The notes under the pieces were generated by a model. The model was not told where the DNA came from, ran no database searches, and saw only the letters and a list, made by a program, of their open reading frames with translations. A stretch of 64,000 bases of DNA, from assembly GCA_902625455.1 (NCBI GenBank), contig CACOBL010000002.1, positions 561-64,560 on the forward strand, written 5' to 3'. Source of the DNA: an uncultured Candidatus Actinomarina sp. (GTDB taxonomy: Bacteria > Actinomycetota > Acidimicrobiia > Actinomarinales > Actinomarinaceae). How positions within the stretch are numbered: position 1 is the first letter of the stretch; each line of letters starts with the position of its first letter. The position numbers and the translations under genes are program-made. Below are positions 58,806-64,000 of the stretch, in pieces.

Positions 58806-60071
58806 GTGAATAATAAAATTTTTGCCCTAGTGGACTGTAATAATTTTTATGCGTCTTGTGAGAGAGTATTCAACCCAAAGCTAGAAGGAAAGCCTATTGT
58901 TGTTTTGTCTAACAATGATGGATGTGTCGTTGCTAGATCAAATGAAGCAAAAGCGTTAGGCATACCGATGGGAGCCCCATACTTTAAATACAAACAACTT
59001 ATCAATAGAAACAAAGTTCATGTATTTTCATCAAACTACACCTTCTATGGTGATATGTCGGCCAGAGTGATGACTTCACTAAAATCTCTTGTAAGCGATA
59101 TAGAGATTTACTCTATTGATGAAGCATTTCTCGATATTAGTAGCTTTTACTACTGTGATTTAGAAGAGACAGCTCAAGAGATACGAAGATTAATTAAACA
59201 GTGGACAGGGATTCCAGTTTCTATAGGTATAGGCCCAACAAAGACATTAGCAAAAGTAGCAAACAGACAAGCTAAAAAATACACAACATCTAATGTCTTC
59301 GATATACGAGATCAGAGCGTAAGAGATGAGATTTTAAAAGATCTACCACTTGAAGAGATATGGGGAATTTCAACAAGATGGGGAAGAAGGCTTCGAAAAA
59401 TTGGAGTAGATACTGCTTACGATTTAACACAGGCAAACGCTCGTTATGTCAGAAAAACAATCAGCATTGTAGGGGAGAGGATACATCATGAGCTAAATGG
59501 TATTTCCTGTATTGGCATAGAAGAGGTGAAGAATAAGAAAAGCATCATATCCTCTAAATCATTTGGTAGAAAAGTAATGTTAGTAAGTGAGTTAGAGGAA
59601 GCTGTTTCTAACTATGTTGCTAGAGCATGTGAGAAGTTGAGAGCACAGGGTTCTAGAGCACAAGGCTTGTATGTATTTTTAAGAACTAGTCCATTTGTTG
59701 ATCCAGAGAAAAGATACAGCAACGGTATGAGTATATTTTTTTCAATACCAACAAGCAATACATCAAAGATTGTCAAAGAAGCAAAACATCTAACGCGAAA
59801 ACTCTTTGTGTACGGATATGAGTACCAGAAAATTGGTGTGATGCTGCTAGATATCACTGGCGCAGAGAATGAACAATATAGTTTTTACGAATATGAAAAT
59901 TACGATCAATCAGACCGTGTGATGGAGGTACTAGATGGTGTTAATAGCAGATATGGATCAAGCACACTGACATTGGGAGCACAGGGTATAAAAAAAGACT
60001 GGAGAATGAAGTCGGAAAGAAAGTCTGCTGCTTACACAACAAATATGCTTCAAATACCAGTTGTGAAGTAA
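58806..60071 (+). CDS. umuC: Y-family DNA polymerase V subunit UmuC
   Basis: [37 protein letters not shown]-terminal W.MK...S..YTT. Confidence 0.93.
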   Translation: MNNKIFALVDCNNFYASCERVFNPKLEGKPIVVLSNNDGCVVARSNEAKALGIPMGAPYFKYKQLINRNKVHVFSSNYTFYGDMSARVMTSLKSLVSDIEIYSIDEAFLDISSFYYCDLEETAQEIRRLIKQWTGIPVSIGIGPTKTLAKVANRQAKKYTTSNVFDIRDQSVRDEILKDLPLEEIWGISTRWGRRLRKIGVDTAYDLTQANARYVRKTISIVGERIHHELNGISCIGIEEVKNKKSIISSKSFGRKVMLVSELEEAVSNYVARACEKLRAQGSRAQGLYVFLRTSPFVDPEKRYSNGMSIFFSIPTSNTSKIVKEAKHLTRKLFVYGYEYQKIGVMLLDITGAENEQYSFYEYENYDQSDRVMEVLDGVNSRYGSSTLTLGAQGIKKDWRMKSERKSAAYTTNMLQIPVVK

Positions 60072-60105
60072 GAAAAGTATGAAGTAATCTGTTTAAATTA
60101 AAGTT

Positions 60106-60969
60106 ATGGTTTTAAAGAATCCATATGCACACTCTTTAGATGGTCTTGAAATAGAAGACCCAGTACAAAGCTTTTTTGATTACTGCAAGAAACGTGAAGC
60201 AGTAAGGGTAAAAAGAGAGTCAGGAGAAGAGTACCCCTGGAGTGATGATCCAATTTTACAAAAAGGCCGTTTTCTAAATGTTTTTAGAGAAGATGATAAA
60301 GTAAGTAAATCCATTATTAAGTTTGCTGAACCAGTAAAAGATGACTTACCATTTTTAATCCAGGTTTTATTTTTTAGTAGATGGTGCAACAGAGATTTAA
60401 CTATAGACCAGCTAACACTTGATGATTTAAGTAATCCAGAAATTTTAAAAGAAAAACTGCTCAGTTTAGAACAATGGGAGAATTTCACAGCTTACCCAGT
60501 AGAAGGCTCCTATTGGGGTGAAAAGCTATATAGCCGCATTGATGCTGCAACATATAAATTTTATGAAAAAAAAGAAGAGTTAGCCGAAGTAGTTTTAAAT
60601 TCTAATAGAGATGTTATTACTGCTACAAACAATGTAAATGACCATTTTAAGATGAATAATGACTTCCCAATATTTATGGCATTGATTGATATTGCTTGGT
60701 TCAGAGAAGACGTCATACCAATTACTACTGATGTTCCAACTGGTATTGGCGCAGAACCATATTTAGACAGGCTTCAGAAGTTTCTTAATTTAAATAGCCA
60801 TCAAGATGTAGGCCTTAAAATGATAGAACTTCAAAGAGAGTATTGGCCTGATGCTAAGAGAACGTTTTATCCAATTGACATAGAGTATCAATCTTGTGAA
60901 TGTAGAAAATACTTTAGTTATGTGAATGGTACAAAAAAATTTGAAGGAAAAAATCTTTTTTCCATATGA
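60106..60969 (+). CDS. homologue of the aGPT-Pplase1 / 5-hmdU DNA kinase helical-domain family
   Basis: FF.YC..RE..R..R..G...PWSDDPIL...RF.NV.REDD at the N-terminus and DIEYQSCE.RKY at the C-terminus (recognised from memory). Confidence 0.65.
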   Translation: MVLKNPYAHSLDGLEIEDPVQSFFDYCKKREAVRVKRESGEEYPWSDDPILQKGRFLNVFREDDKVSKSIIKFAEPVKDDLPFLIQVLFFSRWCNRDLTIDQLTLDDLSNPEILKEKLLSLEQWENFTAYPVEGSYWGEKLYSRIDAATYKFYEKKEELAEVVLNSNRDVITATNNVNDHFKMNNDFPIFMALIDIAWFREDVIPITTDVPTGIGAEPYLDRLQKFLNLNSHQDVGLKMIELQREYWPDAKRTFYPIDIEYQSCECRKYFSYVNGTKKFEGKNLFSI

Positions 60970-60978
60970 TGTATTTAT

Positions 60979-62214
60979 TTAGGATTTATCTAAATTCTTC
61001 CAAATATTTCTTGTGGATAAATACCACACAAACCCAAATATGAAACCTAGTACTGGAAATAGTTTAAAAACAACTAGTACCCCATATATTGTTGCAAGGT
61101 ACCCAATCATGAGAGTTGAAATTGTATTCATCAGAAAATAAAGTGAATAATCTATCCCAGCAATTCTTCCCCTAAGTCTATCTGGTGTCAGTACTTGCAA
61201 TCCATATGTAGAAAATGCCCACTGTGATCCACCACCAGAATGTCCAAGGATTAATAAAAATACTGTTAAATAAAGTGACAATGAAAATGGTATGAAAAAA
61301 TAAAACAAACCCCAGGCCATGATGGTTATTCCGATTGTATTGAGAAGTTTTCCATCAGTGTTTCCGAAATAATATCTAATTGCAATTGGTCCTATTAATG
61401 CACCAATACCCCTAGCACCGAACATTAGCCCTGTACCAAAGTCACCAGTTTTGTATATATCATATGAAAGAACAGTAAATAAAGACAGTAAACCGCTTGC
61501 TGAGATACTGAATGTTGCCTTAGTAATAATTAAAGCAAAGATTTCTTTTTTAGATGCAGCATATTTAAGACCTTCTTTATAACTGATATCTTCTTTTTCT
61601 ATATCTTGAGATTTTTCGCTCAAATTTTTATTTATAGAAAAGACAATTAAAGCGGAAAGAACAAAGGTTAAACTGTCAATTGCGAATAACATATTTCTAC
61701 TAATCACTGTTGTGAGGTAACCACCTAGACCTGCACCTAGACCAGCCATCACACCCCAGCTTGAAAAAAATATTACATTTGCCTCAGCTAAATTTTCTTT
61801 TTTCACAACGTTTGGCAAAGCTGCATCAGATGTAGGCATATAAGGGGAACCTACTACTGAGAGTAATCCAAATGAAAATAAAATAAATGCGACATTTTTT
61901 GTTGTCACCGCATAAAGAATTAACAAAACAGTCATTCCCGATAAAAACTCAGAAATTGCTATGATTTTTTTTCTATCAAACCTATCTGCTAAATAACCAC
62001 CAAAGCTTCCAAGCATGAATAATGGTGCACTTTGAACTACTAACACCAGGGAAGTGATAAATGGATTTTCAGTTAACTCGTAAATTATACCCAAGAGAGG
62101 AACAGTTAATAGCCAGTCTCCACCTAAAGTGATTAAACGAGCAGCAAAAAGTTTACGAAAGTTTTGGTTTTGCGTAAGTAATATCTTGTATTTTTGAAAA
62201 TTTTCCATTTGCAT
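60979..62214 (-). CDS. MFS transporter (MefA/H+ antiporter-like)
   Basis: GYLADRFDRKK motif A, about 12 hydrophobic segments, TPDRLRGR. Confidence 0.88.
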   Translation of the reverse strand: MQMENFQKYKILLTQNQNFRKLFAARLITLGGDWLLTVPLLGIIYELTENPFITSLVLVVQSAPLFMLGSFGGYLADRFDRKKIIAISEFLSGMTVLLILYAVTTKNVAFILFSFGLLSVVGSPYMPTSDAALPNVVKKENLAEANVIFFSSWGVMAGLGAGLGGYLTTVISRNMLFAIDSLTFVLSALIVFSINKNLSEKSQDIEKEDISYKEGLKYAASKKEIFALIITKATFSISASGLLSLFTVLSYDIYKTGDFGTGLMFGARGIGALIGPIAIRYYFGNTDGKLLNTIGITIMAWGLFYFFIPFSLSLYLTVFLLILGHSGGGSQWAFSTYGLQVLTPDRLRGRIAGIDYSLYFLMNTISTLMIGYLATIYGVLVVFKLFPVLGFIFGFVWYLSTRNIWKNLDKS

Positions 62215-62260
62215 TTCAACTGTAACTGAAATGAGAAATAACTACTATACTTTAACAATA

Positions 62261-62968
62261 ATGAAAACGGCACTTGTAACTGGTGGAACAAGAGGTATAG
62301 GACTTTCCACAGCTCAAAAATTTATTGATGAAGGGTGGAATGTTTACATTACATCAAGAAAAGAAGAAAATTTACAATCGGTACTTTCTGCAAATACAAA
62401 AATCAAGGGTTTTGTTGCAAGAGCTGATGACTTAGCTGCTGCAACTGAAACCTGTAAAAAAATTGTGGATGAGACTGGATCACTTGATGTTTTAATTAAC
62501 AATGCTGGTACAAATCCATCTGGAGGTAGTTTGCTTGATGTAGATTTATCAGCCGTCCAAAAAACATGGGATGTAAATTTAATGGGTCCTTTGATGTGGA
62601 CTAGAGAGGCAGTAAAAGCGGGATTAAAAGAATCAGTTTTAAATGTTTGTTCTGTTGGAGGAATAAAGCCATCCCATTACATGGGTGCTTATAATATATC
62701 AAAGGCCGGATTAATTTATATGACAAAACAATTAGCAATGGAACTTGCACCTGATATTAGGGTGAATGGAGTAGCTCCTGCCGTAGTAAAAACTAAACTT
62801 TCAGAAATGCTCTGGGCTGGTGATGAGCAGGGAAGTGCAGATCTCCATGCTCTTAAAAAACTTGGAGAACCTGAAGATATTGCAAGTTTGATTTACTTTC
62901 TTTCAAGTGATGATTCGGCATGGATTACTGGTGAAGTCGTAACTATTGATGGCGGCTTTCTTCTTTAG
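62261..62968 (+). CDS. short-chain dehydrogenase/reductase
   Basis: TGGTRGIG, NNAG, YNISK, VNGVAP, ITGE..IDGG. Confidence 0.9.
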   Translation: MKTALVTGGTRGIGLSTAQKFIDEGWNVYITSRKEENLQSVLSANTKIKGFVARADDLAAATETCKKIVDETGSLDVLINNAGTNPSGGSLLDVDLSAVQKTWDVNLMGPLMWTREAVKAGLKESVLNVCSVGGIKPSHYMGAYNISKAGLIYMTKQLAMELAPDIRVNGVAPAVVKTKLSEMLWAGDEQGSADLHALKKLGEPEDIASLIYFLSSDDSAWITGEVVTIDGGFLL

Positions 62969-63907
62969 TTAGCCAATAAAGTATTTAGCTAATTCGTAAT
63001 ACAAAGGAATTCCAAAAATTATATTGAAAGGAAAAGTTACACCTAAACTCAGTCCTAGGTATATCGCAGGATTAGCATTTGGTATAGCATCTTTTACAAC
63101 TGCTGGAACTGCAATATAGCTTGCACTTGCAGTTAAGACCATTAACAGAGTCGCATTTCCTAAAGAAAGGTTAAAATTGACTGCAGCAAATAGGGCCAAG
63201 AGTGATCCAAAAATTGGAGTCACAAGTGCAAAAATTATCAAATTTTTACTTTTACCAGCCAACTCACCAATTCTCCTTGCAACTCTTGTTCCCATTACAA
63301 ATAAAAATATGAATAATACATACTCGAATAAAGTATCAGTTAGTAATTTTATTTGTGATACTGAGTTTAAATTTAAAGAGAATCCAATAATTAAAGATGA
63401 AATTAAAACTACATTTGGTATTTCTGTAAATGCCGTTTTCATAGTTCCAATATTATTTTTATTATCTGTGCTTTTACGAGTTACTAAATACAATGCCATA
63501 AAAATAGCTGGGAATTCCATGACAACAAGCACAGCTGACATGAAGTTATCATAGTTTTGGTAACTTGATGATAAATAAGTTAATGCGGTGACATATGTTA
63601 CAGCACTTACAGAACCATAAGTTCCTGATAAAGCGGCAGCATCGTCTATGTTAAGAATATTTTTAAGATACAAATAGGAGAGTAGGGGAATAAGTATTGC
63701 GAAGAATGCTCCGAGTGATAGAACTTTTAATACTTCATCTGTGAAACCATTATTTTGTAAACTTTGTCCACCTTTTAGGCCTAAAGCAAAAAGTAAGTAA
63801 TATCCTAAAAATTTTGATAATAAATTTGGAAACAAAATTTTAAAAACTAATCCAAATGTAATACCTGACAAAAATAAAATTAATGCGGGATTGAATAAGG
63901 CTTCCAT
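62969..63907 (-). CDS. sbtA: SbtA-family sodium-dependent bicarbonate transporter
   Basis: YLL.A.GLKGG, YGSVSAVT, ME.PAI, ASASYIAVPA, GVTFPFNI..GIPLY. Confidence 0.85.
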   Translation of the reverse strand: MEALFNPALILFLSGITFGLVFKILFPNLLSKFLGYYLLFALGLKGGQSLQNNGFTDEVLKVLSLGAFFAILIPLLSYLYLKNILNIDDAAALSGTYGSVSAVTYVTALTYLSSSYQNYDNFMSAVLVVMEFPAIFMALYLVTRKSTDNKNNIGTMKTAFTEIPNVVLISSLIIGFSLNLNSVSQIKLLTDTLFEYVLFIFLFVMGTRVARRIGELAGKSKNLIIFALVTPIFGSLLALFAAVNFNLSLGNATLLMVLTASASYIAVPAVVKDAIPNANPAIYLGLSLGVTFPFNIIFGIPLYYELAKYFIG

Positions 63908-63956
63908 TCAACTCAAAATGATAGTAAGTATATAAATTTTTATGTTCGTTTTATAA

Positions 63957-64000
63957 TTATTTTACTTTTCTTACGAGCTCTTCAACTCTGTTAATATCTA
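63957..64000 (-). CDS. C-terminal end of an unidentified CDS (truncated by window edge)
   Basis: Open frame ...DINRVEELVRKVK* ending at TAA 63957-63959. Confidence 0.4.
   Translation of the reverse strand, partial: DINRVEELVRKVK

Noticed and set aside
916..63554. Many 60-160-aa ORFs antisense to or nested in housekeeping genes (e.g. 13113-13463, 26864-27232, 50942-51421, 63177-63554)
   Set aside because: They are shadow frames of well-supported genes, with Ser/Ile/Phe-rich mirror composition and no motifs
1..64000. tRNA, rRNA, CRISPR arrays, IS elements
   Set aside because: No spacer shows a cloverleaf, repeat-spacer periodicity or terminal inverted repeats, and no transposase ORF is present (inspection by eye only)

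Overview
Gene-dense, very AT-rich bacterial chromosome segment with actinobacterial gene order (recG-rsmD-coaD-sepIVA-like-DUF177-rpmF-plsX-rnc-mutM-smc; rpsP-khpA-rimM...trmD-rplS-lepB-rnhB; xerC-rpsB-tsf-pyrH-frr; rimP-nusA-infB-rbfA-truB-ribF-rpsO-pnp). F420-related genes and minimal intergenic spacers suggest a streamlined marine actinobacterium such as Ca. Actinomarina (inference). Most of the window is housekeeping, and I saw no tRNA, rRNA, CRISPR or IS element. The most unusual items are: (1) an SMC with no recognisable hinge domain; (2) a catalytically dead GAPDH paralogue abutting an intact gap; (3) a photolyase-like protein with swapped domain order and an Fe-S-type Cys motif; (4) a divergent umuD/umuC pair around an 18-bp palindrome, followed by a homologue of phage thymidine-hypermodification proteins; (5) a CofH carrying a decayed CofG-like half behind an intact cofG; (6) a lepB with no canonical start codon; (7) an unannotated 35-aa membrane protein. 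All product calls come from motif recognition by eye, not database searches.
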